Source of the DNA: Halarcobacter sp.
Lineage (GTDB): Bacteria > Campylobacterota > Campylobacteria > Campylobacterales > Arcobacteraceae
DNA length: 64,000 nucleotides
Direction: 5' to 3'
NCBI GenBank assembly: GCA_048571215.1
Contig: CP182352.1
Span: 3,232,001 to 3,296,000 of the forward strand
Below the pieces are notes generated by a model that saw only the letters and a program-made list of their open reading frames with translations, made no database searches and had not been told where the DNA came from. A program made the translations under genes and the position numbers. Positions 29,422-38,709 of the stretch are shown here, one piece after another. Every line of letters starts with the position of its first letter. Position 1 is the first letter of the stretch.

Positions 29422-30534
29422 TTACGCAGGAAGTAAACTTATGTAAGTTATCTCACTACTTGCACCCAATCTCATAGGTGGTCCCCAAAATCCTGTGCCT
29501 TTATTTACATAGATTTGAGTATCTTCATTGTGTTGATGTAGACCTTTTATATAGGGTTGTTGAAGTCTTACAAGTAAATTGAAAGGGGCTATTTGTCCTC
29601 CATGGGTATGTCCACTTAAGATTAAGTCAACTTTTTTATCAATCTCATTTATAAATCTTGGTTGATGGGCTAAAAGAATTATTGGGTTATTTTGTGTATT
29701 TTTTAAGGCTTTATTCAAATCAGGTTTATAAGCCTCCATTCTATATCCCATCACATCATAAACACCTGCTAAAAAGAACCCTTCATTTTTTTCTCCAATA
29801 TAGATATTTTCATTCTCTAAGGTTTTGATATTTAGTGTATTTACATATTTTATTATAGATTCTACTCCATGAAAATATTCATGGTTCCCAACTATAAAAT
29901 AGCTTCCATAAGTAGATTTTAGATTTTTTAATTTATTTAAAGCATCTTTCGCATATTTTATATTTGTATCAACTAAATCTCCTGTGATAACAATAAGATC
30001 AGGATTTAGCTCATTTACTCTTTGTACTAGATTTTTTATAAACTTTTGGTCTATCAGTCCACCAATATGTACATCACTTAATTGGACTATAGAGTAAGGT
30101 TTTTTTAGTTTTTTGATTTTTACTTTTATTTTTTCTAGCTCCACATGTTTTGCATTGTACATAGCCTTTGCATTAACAGATGTGGCAACTAATACGGAAC
30201 CAATATCAAAACTTTTTTTAAAGAAATCTCTTCTCTGTGAATTTATGGTAGTTTTTTCTAATATTCTTGAGGCAAGTTCATAAATAATAGTTGCTACAAA
30301 CAGCAGAAAAATTATACCAATAGGAATAGAGAGCAAAAAATATGCCCAGTTTGGCATTATTGGATTATATCTTGCGTACATATATCCAACAATACCTAGA
30401 AGATTTACTACTAAAAATATATTGATATATAGTTTGATTTTATTAGAAAAGTGTAATTTTCTAACAAATCGTCTACTAATTAGTAAGGTAAGAAGTGTCA
30501 TAACACTTAAAAATATAATTACAAAAAATTTCAT
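29422..30534 (-). CDS. Membrane-anchored metallophosphoesterase (YkuE-like)
   Basis: SDVH, TGDLVD, GNHE, LAHQP, GHTHGGQ. Confidence 0.92.
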   Translation of the reverse strand: MKFFVIIFLSVMTLLTLLISRRFVRKLHFSNKIKLYINIFLVVNLLGIVGYMYARYNPIMPNWAYFLLSIPIGIIFLLFVATIIYELASRILEKTTINSQRRDFFKKSFDIGSVLVATSVNAKAMYNAKHVELEKIKVKIKKLKKPYSIVQLSDVHIGGLIDQKFIKNLVQRVNELNPDLIVITGDLVDTNIKYAKDALNKLKNLKSTYGSYFIVGNHEYFHGVESIIKYVNTLNIKTLENENIYIGEKNEGFFLAGVYDVMGYRMEAYKPDLNKALKNTQNNPIILLAHQPRFINEIDKKVDLILSGHTHGGQIAPFNLLVRLQQPYIKGLHQHNEDTQIYVNKGTGFWGPPMRLGASSEITYISLLPA

Positions 30535-30560
30535 AAGTGATTATATAGTAAGAGTTTTAA

Positions 30561-31868
30561 CTAGATATTAATAGATTTTTTTAATGCATTAATTAAGTTA
30601 TCAATATCTTCAATTGTTTGGGAATAGTGAACAGAAAGTCTAAGCCATCCAGGTTTTCCATCAAGTTCATCTTTATTTTTCATATTAAGCAAATCATGTC
30701 CATATGGTCCAGCACAAGAACAACCAGCTCTTGTTTGATAACCACCATTTTTTGATAGGTTTTCACAGATTTTATAAGGGCTGATGTTAGTTATATTAAA
30801 AGAGACTATACCTATATTTTTAGATATTTTATTTCCGTAAATAATGATATTATCAAGTTTTTCAAGCTCTTTTATTAAGTGTTCATATAATGACTCTTTT
30901 CTTTTTAAGATAAAATCAAAACCAAACTCATTTCTAAGTTGATAGGCAAGTGCTGCTCTGATTAGTTGCAATATACCAGGAGTTCCTGCTGTTTCCCTTG
31001 CTGTAATATTCTCTTCATATTCTTGAGAAGAGTTATTTACATAGGTTACAGTTCCTCCACCAGCAAAAGTTGGACTTAAACTAGTATCAACTAAATCTTT
31101 TTTTATAACTAAAAGTCCACAACTTCCAGGACCCCCTAAAAGTTTGTGGGGAGATAGAAATAAAGCATCATAATAGTTACAATCTACATTCATATATGGA
31201 GAACTAGCAGCAGCATCAAAACAAACTAAGGCTTTATATTTTCTAAGAAGATTTGATATCTCTTTATAACAAGTTATGATTCCTGTTACATTTGAAGCTA
31301 TACAAAAACATCCTATTATCTCTCGATGACGATTCTCTTGTAGTAGCTCTTTTAGTTGTCTTAAGTCAATAAGTCCATCTGCTGTTAGTTTTATCCTTTG
31401 TACCTCACAAATAGCCTCTCTATAACTAACCTCATTTGAGTGGTGCTCATATGGACCAATGATTACTAAAGGTAGCTTTTTTTTAGCAACGCTTATTCCA
31501 TATCTTTTAACAGTTGCAGGTGGAATATATACACCAATTAGTTCTTGAAATTTTTTTATAGCACCAGTTGCTCCACAACCAGTTGGTATAAGTGCAAAAT
31601 CATCTGATATTTCTAAAGAGTTTTTTAAAGATTCAATTGATTCTTCATAATATGAGTTTGTTATATTTGCCATAGATGATTCTTTTGAGTGGGTATTAGC
31701 ATAGGTTTCTAATACATCTCTCATTCTATTTTCTACTTGTCTAAATGCAAGTCCTGAAGCTGTATAGTCAAAATACTCTTTCTTTTTTTTACCAATAGTG
31801 TTATATCGTATAAAGTCAAGTTTATTTGTATTTTTATCAAAAAATGGTCTAAATATATCTTTTTTCAT
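30561..31868 (-). CDS. Aminotransferase class V / cysteine desulfurase-like PLP enzyme
   Basis: FDYTASG, EHHSN, SNVTG, SPHK, RAGCSCAGPY. Confidence 0.9.
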   Translation of the reverse strand: MKKDIFRPFFDKNTNKLDFIRYNTIGKKKKEYFDYTASGLAFRQVENRMRDVLETYANTHSKESSMANITNSYYEESIESLKNSLEISDDFALIPTGCGATGAIKKFQELIGVYIPPATVKRYGISVAKKKLPLVIIGPYEHHSNEVSYREAICEVQRIKLTADGLIDLRQLKELLQENRHREIIGCFCIASNVTGIITCYKEISNLLRKYKALVCFDAAASSPYMNVDCNYYDALFLSPHKLLGGPGSCGLLVIKKDLVDTSLSPTFAGGGTVTYVNNSSQEYEENITARETAGTPGILQLIRAALAYQLRNEFGFDFILKRKESLYEHLIKELEKLDNIIIYGNKISKNIGIVSFNITNISPYKICENLSKNGGYQTRAGCSCAGPYGHDLLNMKNKDELDGKPGWLRLSVHYSQTIEDIDNLINALKKSINI

Positions 31869-31906
31869 TTTATAATTTTAGCTTATTTTTATTATATATA
31901 ATATTA

Positions 31907-31937
31907 ATAAAAAGGGAAAATATATTTCCCTTTTATT
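31907..31937 (-). terminator. Intrinsic terminator of the cys operon
   Basis: AATAAAAGGGAAA-N5-TTTCCCTTTTATT immediately after the sulfite reductase stop. Confidence 0.75.
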
Positions 31938-33493
31938 TATTTTGCTTTTGTTAGTAAAAAATCCCTAAGATTTTCGAAATTAGAATCTTGATATTCAGAG
32001 ATTAAATTCTCAATATTTTCATTTACATCTTCTTGGGCGAATTTTATTGAAGTTTTTTTATTGAATTGGGAATCAACTCCTTGTAAAAAACCACCAACAA
32101 GTAGCTCAAATGCTGGCACAGTCTCTCCATCTTTTTTAATCTTTGTACCAATAAGTCCTATATCAACAATATGTGGATGGGCACAAGAGTTAGGACAACC
32201 ATTTACACTTATACTTACACGTTGGTCAAAATCTGGAAATTTTGCTTCAAGATGTTCAACTAAACTTTTTGCAGTTCCTTTTGTTTCACTTATTGCAAAT
32301 TTACAAAAATTTAATCCAGTACAAGCTTGCGTTCTAGCTTTAAAATTTGATGGGAAAGCACTGATTCCAATATCTTCCAATTCCTCTGCTAGTTTTTGTG
32401 CCTTTGTTGTTGGTACATCAAGGATAATGATATTTTGTGTAACAGTTGCTTTTATCTTACTTGCTTCATATTTTTCTAATAGTGTTATTAGGTTTTTTAA
32501 GCCTTTAGCTCCTATACTCCCACTATTTAAGGCACAACCAATATAACTTTTGCCTTTTTCTTTACTCTCGTGGATACCAAAATGTTCCCTTTGTTTTGAG
32601 TTTGTGTATTCTAACTCTTTTGGTTCTTTGATTCTAAAGCTAAGGTTTGATTGTAGTGTTTCTACAAATTTTTCAATTCCCCAAGCATCGATTAGGTGTC
32701 CAAGTCTAGCTTTTCTTCTGTTTACTCTAAGACCATCTTCTTTATATATTTTTGTAACAGCTTTTGCCAATGGAACAACTTGTGATGGTGCAACATACCC
32801 AATATGTTTTGCGATTTGTTTATTTGAAGCTAAACCACCACCAACACTAACTGCGTATTGAATTCTTCCATTCTCTTGTTTTACTGCATTGAAACTTAAG
32901 TCTTGCATCTCATGGTTCATACAGTTTTTACAGCAACCATTTACCCCAACTTTATATTTTCTTGGAAGATTTGAGAAGTTTTTATTACCTTTAAAGACTG
33001 CATTTAGTTTCTCAACAATATCTGTAGTATCTGTAATTTCATCATGGTCTATTCCATTTACTGGACATGATACAACATTTCTAGGAACATCACCCGCTGC
33101 AAAGATTGAACATAGTTTTACTGTGTCTAAAAGTCTAAATATTTCAGGCAAATCTACAACTCTTATATAATGAAACTGTATATCTTGTCTTGTTGTAAAA
33201 TCAGCTGTTCCCCTTGCATAGGTTTCACTGATTTGTTCTATAACTTTTAGTTGCTCTAAATTTAACAAGCCCCCTTCAAGTTTTACCCTAAGCATAAAAT
33301 ATAAAGTTGGGTCATTCTCATCTTGTAGATTTCTATTTTGAGTATACATTCCATACCATTTAAATCTATCTATATCTTCAGGGTCTACCTCTTCACCTGT
33401 TATTGCATATCGATAGATGTCTTGAAGTACATCAAGACCATCTTTTTCTATTTTTATACGCTCAACTCTTTGAGCATTTGTTTCTTTTGCCAT
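31937..33493 (-). CDS. Ferredoxin-dependent sulfite (nitrite/sulfite) reductase, siroheme/4Fe-4S
   Basis: TTRQDIQ, NLPRKYK, ACTGLNFC, NGCPNSC; last gene of the cys operon. Confidence 0.9.
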   Translation of the reverse strand: MAKETNAQRVERIKIEKDGLDVLQDIYRYAITGEEVDPEDIDRFKWYGMYTQNRNLQDENDPTLYFMLRVKLEGGLLNLEQLKVIEQISETYARGTADFTTRQDIQFHYIRVVDLPEIFRLLDTVKLCSIFAAGDVPRNVVSCPVNGIDHDEITDTTDIVEKLNAVFKGNKNFSNLPRKYKVGVNGCCKNCMNHEMQDLSFNAVKQENGRIQYAVSVGGGLASNKQIAKHIGYVAPSQVVPLAKAVTKIYKEDGLRVNRRKARLGHLIDAWGIEKFVETLQSNLSFRIKEPKELEYTNSKQREHFGIHESKEKGKSYIGCALNSGSIGAKGLKNLITLLEKYEASKIKATVTQNIIILDVPTTKAQKLAEELEDIGISAFPSNFKARTQACTGLNFCKFAISETKGTAKSLVEHLEAKFPDFDQRVSISVNGCPNSCAHPHIVDIGLIGTKIKKDGETVPAFELLVGGFLQGVDSQFNKKTSIKFAQEDVNENIENLISEYQDSNFENLRDFLLTKAK

Positions 33494-33498
33494 ATAAA

Positions 33499-34974
33499 TT
33501 ATCCTAAAATCTCTTTACAACCCCACTCAGGGAAGTTTTCTCTAATATAAGCATTTAATGCAATCTCAGCTTGTGTATATTCTTTTTGTGGAACAGTCTC
33601 TTCTGAACTCTGAACACTATCTATAATCATACCAGCACCAACAGTTGAGTTTGTATATCTATCTATGATAATAAAACTTCCTGTATGTCTATTTTCATTA
33701 TAAGGATCAACTGCAATTTGTCTATCTAAAGATAAAGTACATTTTGCAATATCATTTAGCTCTAAAGAGTTAGTTGCTAGCTCTTCAAATGTATTTACTT
33801 CTTTTTTATACTCTATTGATTTAAATGTACCATTGATAACAGAGGTAGCTCTTTTAATAATATAGTTACTATTAAGTTCAAGTTTTTTCTCATCCATCCA
33901 AACAACCATCACTTCAAGCTTATTTGATACTTGTGGGATAGAGTTTGATTTTACAATCATATCACCTCTACTGATATCTATCTCATCTTTTAGTGTAATA
34001 GTTGTAGCCATTGGTGCAAAGGCTGTTTCTATAGTTTCAACTGTTTCATCTTTTCCTATTGGTCTTAAATCTTTAATCTCATTTGAAACAATAGATTTTA
34101 CAACTGAAGTTTTACGTGAAGGTAAAATTGTAATCTCATCACCTACACTAATACTTCCACTTGCAATTGTTCCAGAAAATCCTCTAAAGTTTAGATGAGG
34201 TCTTGATACATATTGAACTGGTAATCTAAAATCATGATTTTCAGTTTTATGAATATCAATAGTATCTAATAATTCCATAAGTGGAAGACCTTTATACCAA
34301 GTTGATTTTGGTGAATTTGTAAGGATATTATCTCCATCTAATGCAGAGATTGGGATATACTCAAAATTGATATCTTCATTATGTGGAAGATTAGGAATAA
34401 TTGTTTCATAATCTTTTTTTATCTCTTCAAATCTATCTTTGCTAAAATCAACCAAATCCATTTTATTTATAGCAACAATAAGATTTTTAATCCCAAGAAG
34501 AGAAGCTATAAAAGAGTGTCTTTTTGTTTGTGTTAAAACCCCTTGTCTTGCATCAATTAAGATAATAGCCACATCAGCTGTACTAGCACCCGTTGCCATA
34601 TTTCTTGTGTATTGTTCATGTCCTGGAGTATCTGCTATGATAAATTTTCTTTTTTCAGTTGAAAAGAATCTATAAGCAACATCAATAGTAATACCTTGTT
34701 CTCTCTCACTAGCTAATCCATCAACTAAAAGTGCTAAGTCAATTTTATCTCCAGTGGTTCCACTTTTTTTACTATCTTTTTCAATTGCAGCTAATTGGTC
34801 TTCAAAAATCATTTTTGAATCATAAAGTAATCTTCCTATTAGAGTACTTTTCCCATCATCAACTGAACCACATGTTATAAATCTTAGTATCTCTTTATTT
34901 TCATGTTCTTTTAAATATGCTTCTATACCGATAGTCGATAGTCGATTGTCGATAGTCGATTGATTTACTGCCAT
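33499..34974 (-). CDS. cysN: Sulfate adenylyltransferase subunit 1
   Basis: TCGSVDDGKSTLIGRLL, EREQGITIDVAY, DTPGHEQYTRNM, NKMD. Confidence 0.97.
   Translation of the reverse strand: MAVNQSTIDNRLSTIGIEAYLKEHENKEILRFITCGSVDDGKSTLIGRLLYDSKMIFEDQLAAIEKDSKKSGTTGDKIDLALLVDGLASEREQGITIDVAYRFFSTEKRKFIIADTPGHEQYTRNMATGASTADVAIILIDARQGVLTQTKRHSFIASLLGIKNLIVAINKMDLVDFSKDRFEEIKKDYETIIPNLPHNEDINFEYIPISALDGDNILTNSPKSTWYKGLPLMELLDTIDIHKTENHDFRLPVQYVSRPHLNFRGFSGTIASGSISVGDEITILPSRKTSVVKSIVSNEIKDLRPIGKDETVETIETAFAPMATTITLKDEIDISRGDMIVKSNSIPQVSNKLEVMVVWMDEKKLELNSNYIIKRATSVINGTFKSIEYKKEVNTFEELATNSLELNDIAKCTLSLDRQIAVDPYNENRHTGSFIIIDRYTNSTVGAGMIIDSVQSSEETVPQKEYTQAEIALNAYIRENFPEWGCKEILG
34929..34963. repeat. Five tandem heptamers CGAT(A/T)G(T/A) inside the cysN 5' end
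   Basis: CGATAGT CGATAGT CGATTGT CGATAGT CGATTGA. Confidence 0.9.
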
Positions 34975-35327
34975 TATTTCTTTTCCTCTTTATTTATACT
35001 ATTAATTAATCCTGTTAACATTTTTCCTATTTCCTCTAGGTCTTTTATCCATTTATTACCAATGTTTGTATCTATATATTTTATCTTCATACCTATATAG
35101 ATTTGGGTTTGTGCTTCAGCTAAAGAGCCTCTTGCTATATCTAAGAATCTAATTTTTTCTTTGTCTGAAATTCTTTCTAAGCCCTCAGCTATATTACTAG
35201 GAATTGACAATCCACTTCTAGTAATTTGATCTTTAAATCCATAATCTTTTAGACTAGCAAGTTCTAAATAGATTTCAGATGATAAAGCAGCTGATTTTTT
35301 CCAAACATCTAAATTTTTACATTTCAT
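34974..35327 (-). CDS. Four-helix-bundle protein (23S rRNA IVP / TIGR02436 / Avd-like family)
   Basis: LDVWKKS, DQITRSGLSIPSNIAEG, FLDIARGSLAEAQTQ; stop overlaps cysN start (TAATG). Confidence 0.92.
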   Translation of the reverse strand: MKCKNLDVWKKSAALSSEIYLELASLKDYGFKDQITRSGLSIPSNIAEGLERISDKEKIRFLDIARGSLAEAQTQIYIGMKIKYIDTNIGNKWIKDLEEIGKMLTGLINSINKEEKK

Positions 35328-35349
35328 ATTATTATTCCTTAGTTAATAA

Positions 35350-35405
35350 CAATAGTCAATTGTCCATAGTATTTCTATTGACTATAGACCATCGACTATT
35401 GACTA
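35350..35405. repeat. Two inverted blocks of tandem heptamers between cysD and the four-helix-bundle gene
   Basis: CAATAGT CAATTGT CCATAGT (35350-35370), then TCTATTG ACTATAG ACCATCG ACTATTG ACTA (35374-35405). Confidence 0.85.
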
Positions 35406-36314
35406 AAAATACCCCTCTTGTTTTTTCTTCTCCATTGATGCTTCACCATCACTATCTATAAGTCTTCCTTGTCTCTCACTAGTTGTACAAATCAACATCT
35501 CTTGAATAATCTCAGGGAGTGTTGTTGCTTCACTATTTACTGCACCTGTTAAGGGATAACAACCAAGTGTTCTAAATCTCACTTTCTCTTTTTTAGCAGT
35601 TTTTCGTAATTCTTCAGGCATTCTATCATCATCAACCATGATTTTTGTACCCATATATTCTACTACTTCACGCTCTTTTGAGAAGTATAAATCAGGAATA
35701 GGAATCTTTTCTAAATAGATATATTGCCAAATATCAAGTTCTGTCCAGTTTGATATTGGAAAAACTCTAATAGATTCACCTTTTGTGTGTCTTCCATTAT
35801 ATATATTCCATAACTCTGGTCTTTGGTTTTTTGGATCCCATCTATGGTTTTCATCTCTAAAAGAGTAGATTCTCTCTTTTGCACGAGATTTCTCTTCATC
35901 CCTTCTTGCTCCACCAAATACTGCATCAAATTTTTGCATATCTAGCATCTGTTTTAGACCTTCTGTTTTCATAATATCAGTATGAACAGCACTTCCATGA
36001 GTAAAAGGGGAGATATTCATCTCTAAACCTTTTGGATTAGAATAAACAATAAGTTCCATTCCAACCTCTTTTGCCCGTCTATCACGAAACTCTATCATCT
36101 CTTTAAACTTCCAAGTTGTATCAACATGTACTAATGGAAGTGGTGGAGGTGCTGGATAAAAAGCTTTTTGTAAAATATGTAGCATTACAGAAGAATCTTT
36201 TCCTACTGAGTACAGCATTGCTGGGTTTTGAAACTCTGCTATTACTTCTCTCATTATATGTATTGATTCTGCTTCTAGCTGTTTTAAATGGGTAAGTCTT
36301 TCCTTACTTATCAT
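35403..36314 (-). CDS. cysD: Sulfate adenylyltransferase subunit 2
   Basis: [54 protein letters not shown]. Confidence 0.97.
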   Translation of the reverse strand: MISKERLTHLKQLEAESIHIMREVIAEFQNPAMLYSVGKDSSVMLHILQKAFYPAPPPLPLVHVDTTWKFKEMIEFRDRRAKEVGMELIVYSNPKGLEMNISPFTHGSAVHTDIMKTEGLKQMLDMQKFDAVFGGARRDEEKSRAKERIYSFRDENHRWDPKNQRPELWNIYNGRHTKGESIRVFPISNWTELDIWQYIYLEKIPIPDLYFSKEREVVEYMGTKIMVDDDRMPEELRKTAKKEKVRFRTLGCYPLTGAVNSEATTLPEIIQEMLICTTSERQGRLIDSDGEASMEKKKQEGYF

Positions 36315-36378
36315 AATCTCTCCATTAATTGTATTTAAATATTTTTTTAGATTCTTTCAAATTAAAAGTTTGATTCAT

Positions 36379-37074
36379 CTATTTTGCGTGTAATCCACAC
36401 TCTTTATGTTCTGGGTTCTCCCACCACCATCTTCCACTTCTAATATCTTCACCTTCTTTTACAGCCCTTGTACAGGGTGCACATCCAATACTTGGAAACC
36501 CAAGGTCATGAAGTTTATTGTATGGGACTTTGTTTTCTTTTATATATTTCCATACATCTTCTTCACTCCAATTAATTAAAGGGTTTACTTTTATTACATG
36601 GAAATTTTCATCGTATTCAATTACTGGCATATCAACTCTTGTTACACTTTGAGCTGCTCTTAGTCCTGTAATCCAAACCTTTAGAGGTTTTAATGCTCTT
36701 TTTAAAGGCTCAATTTTTCTAATATTACAACATCTTTTTCTATTATCAATACTTTCAAAGTGTCCATTTACCCCTTGAAGTTTATATAGTTTTTCTACAT
36801 CTTCATTTAGTGGGAAAAATATCTCTAGTTTAATACCATATTTTAAATTTGTTGCATCCATAACATTATAGGTTTCTGGATGTAATCTTCCCGTATCTAG
36901 TGTAAATATGTTTGCATTTTTATCTATTTTCAAAATCATATCTGTCAAAACTTGATCTTCAGCACCCAAGCTACTTGAAAGTGCTGCTTCTTGTTTATAC
37001 TCAGTTAAAAAATATTTTAAAATATCTTGAGCATTTGTATTTTTAAATTTTTTATTTAAATCTTCAATATCCAT
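36379..37074 (-). CDS. cysH: APS/PAPS reductase (CC and CxxC present, so likely 4Fe-4S APS reductase)
   Basis: LDTG, RCCNIRK, WITGLR, SIGCAPCT, ECGLH. Confidence 0.93.
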   Translation of the reverse strand: MDIEDLNKKFKNTNAQDILKYFLTEYKQEAALSSSLGAEDQVLTDMILKIDKNANIFTLDTGRLHPETYNVMDATNLKYGIKLEIFFPLNEDVEKLYKLQGVNGHFESIDNRKRCCNIRKIEPLKRALKPLKVWITGLRAAQSVTRVDMPVIEYDENFHVIKVNPLINWSEEDVWKYIKENKVPYNKLHDLGFPSIGCAPCTRAVKEGEDIRSGRWWWENPEHKECGLHAK

Positions 37075-37082
37075 TATCTACC

Positions 37083-37307
37083 TTAAATCTGATAATCTGG
37101 TTCTTTTACTTTTCCAAAAGAGATTTTATTCCAAGCTCTTTCATGAAAATAATATAAAATCATTTTTGTAACAACTTCAATAGAACCAATTGAAGCAGCC
37201 ATAATTAGGTTGCCTGTTACTAAATATGAGATTATCATTGTGTCTAAGGTTCCTACTGTTCTCCATGATACTGTTTTAGCAACAGATCTATATGCCTTTT
37301 CCGCCAT
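37083..37307 (-). CDS. DUF2061 small membrane protein
   Basis: RSVAKTVSWR...LYYFHERAW. Confidence 0.88.
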   Translation of the reverse strand: MAEKAYRSVAKTVSWRTVGTLDTMIISYLVTGNLIMAASIGSIEVVTKMILYYFHERAWNKISFGKVKEPDYQI

Positions 37308-37349
37308 TTTTGTCCCTCATTCTAATCATTTATACTAAGATGAGTATTC

Positions 37350-38276
37350 CTACTCATCGTCGTATAAACCAGAACTTAAGTATCTTTCCCCTGTATCACA
37401 AAGAATAGTAACTATAACTTTCCCTTTGTTTTCTGGTTTAGAAGCTATTTTTTCTGCAATAAACACATTTGCACCTGCTGAAACACCAACAAGTAGTCCC
37501 TCTTGATTTGCAAGTTTTCTTGAAGTTGCTATTGCGTCTTCATTTGATACTTGAACAACTTCATCATAAACTTCAGTATTTAAAATATCTGGAACAAATC
37601 CAGCTCCAATACCTTGAATTCTATGAGGTCCTGGTTTCCCACCACTCAATACAGGTGATGCTTCTGGTTCAACTGCAATCACTTGAATATCTGGATTGTG
37701 TGCTTTTAAAATTTCACCCGTACCTGTAATAGTTCCACCTGTTCCAATTGCTGCAACTAAGATGTCAATTTTTCCATCAGTATCAGCTAAAATCTCTTTT
37801 GCTGTTGTTTGTCTATGAATCTCTGGATTTGCTTCATTTGCAAATTGTTGAGGAACAAAAGAGTTAGGTGTTTGTTCTGCTAATTCATTTGCTTTATCAA
37901 CTGCACCTTTCATACCTTTTTCTGGTTCTGTTAAAACAAGTTCAGCTCCAAGTGCTTTTAGAAGTTTTCTTCTTTCGATACTCATTGAAGAAGGCATTGT
38001 AAGTGTAAGTTTTATTCCAAGACCTGCACAAACAGAAGCTAAGGCAATCCCTGTATTACCACTTGTTGGCTCAAATACAACTGTATCTTCATTGATTAAA
38101 CCTTTTTCTAAAGCTGATTTAATCATATTTGTCCCAATTCTATCTTTTACTGAATGAGTAGGGTTCATAAACTCACATTTTCCTAATATTGTTGCTCCTG
38201 CTCTTTCACTAGCTTTTTGAAGCTTAACTAATGGCGTATTTCCAATTAACTCTGTAACATTTTGTGCAAATTTCAT
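37350..38276 (-). CDS. cysK: Cysteine synthase A
   Basis: IGNTPLV, SVKDRIG, EPTSGNTG, GTGGT, IQGIGAG; start at MKFAQ after AAGGA. Confidence 0.96.
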   Translation of the reverse strand: MKFAQNVTELIGNTPLVKLQKASERAGATILGKCEFMNPTHSVKDRIGTNMIKSALEKGLINEDTVVFEPTSGNTGIALASVCAGLGIKLTLTMPSSMSIERRKLLKALGAELVLTEPEKGMKGAVDKANELAEQTPNSFVPQQFANEANPEIHRQTTAKEILADTDGKIDILVAAIGTGGTITGTGEILKAHNPDIQVIAVEPEASPVLSGGKPGPHRIQGIGAGFVPDILNTEVYDEVVQVSNEDAIATSRKLANQEGLLVGVSAGANVFIAEKIASKPENKGKVIVTILCDTGERYLSSGLYDDE

Positions 38277-38286
38277 TTTATTTCCT

Positions 38287-38700
38287 TTATATACTATAGT
38301 GTAAAAATTCGTTATATTTATCTTGATATTCATCTAGTTTTGATAGATTGATATCGAAGATATCCTTCATACCTCTTTTAGCATCATCAAAGAAGATATT
38401 CAAAATAGGATTTTCAGTTTTATTATCAATGATTTTCAAATCACCTTCTAATGCAACTAAAATATCTTTTACAGATATCTGCTCTGGTTTTTTTGCTAAT
38501 ATATACCCACCTTTTGCTCCTCTAATACTTTTAACTAAATCAGCTCGTCTTAGTTTACTCAGTAGTTGCTCAAGATAATTTTGAGGTATATTTGCATTTG
38601 AAGATATTTCCCTAATTTGCATGGGAGTATCTTCATCATGCTTACTTAATTCATACATGGCAGTTAAACCATATACACCTTTTGTTGATATCAAAGGCAT
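38287..38700 (-). CDS. Rrf2 family regulator lacking Fe-S cysteines (CymR-like)
   Basis: STKGVYGL, YLEQLL, SIRGAKGGY; no Cys; directly upstream of cysK. Confidence 0.88.
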   Translation of the reverse strand: MPLISTKGVYGLTAMYELSKHDEDTPMQIREISSNANIPQNYLEQLLSKLRRADLVKSIRGAKGGYILAKKPEQISVKDILVALEGDLKIIDNKTENPILNIFFDDAKRGMKDIFDINLSKLDEYQDKYNEFLHYSI

Positions 38701-38709
38701 AATAATACC

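Noticed and set aside
34974..35327. Diversity-generating retroelement suggested by the Avd-like gene
   Set aside because: No reverse transcriptase and no TR/VR pair were seen in the window.
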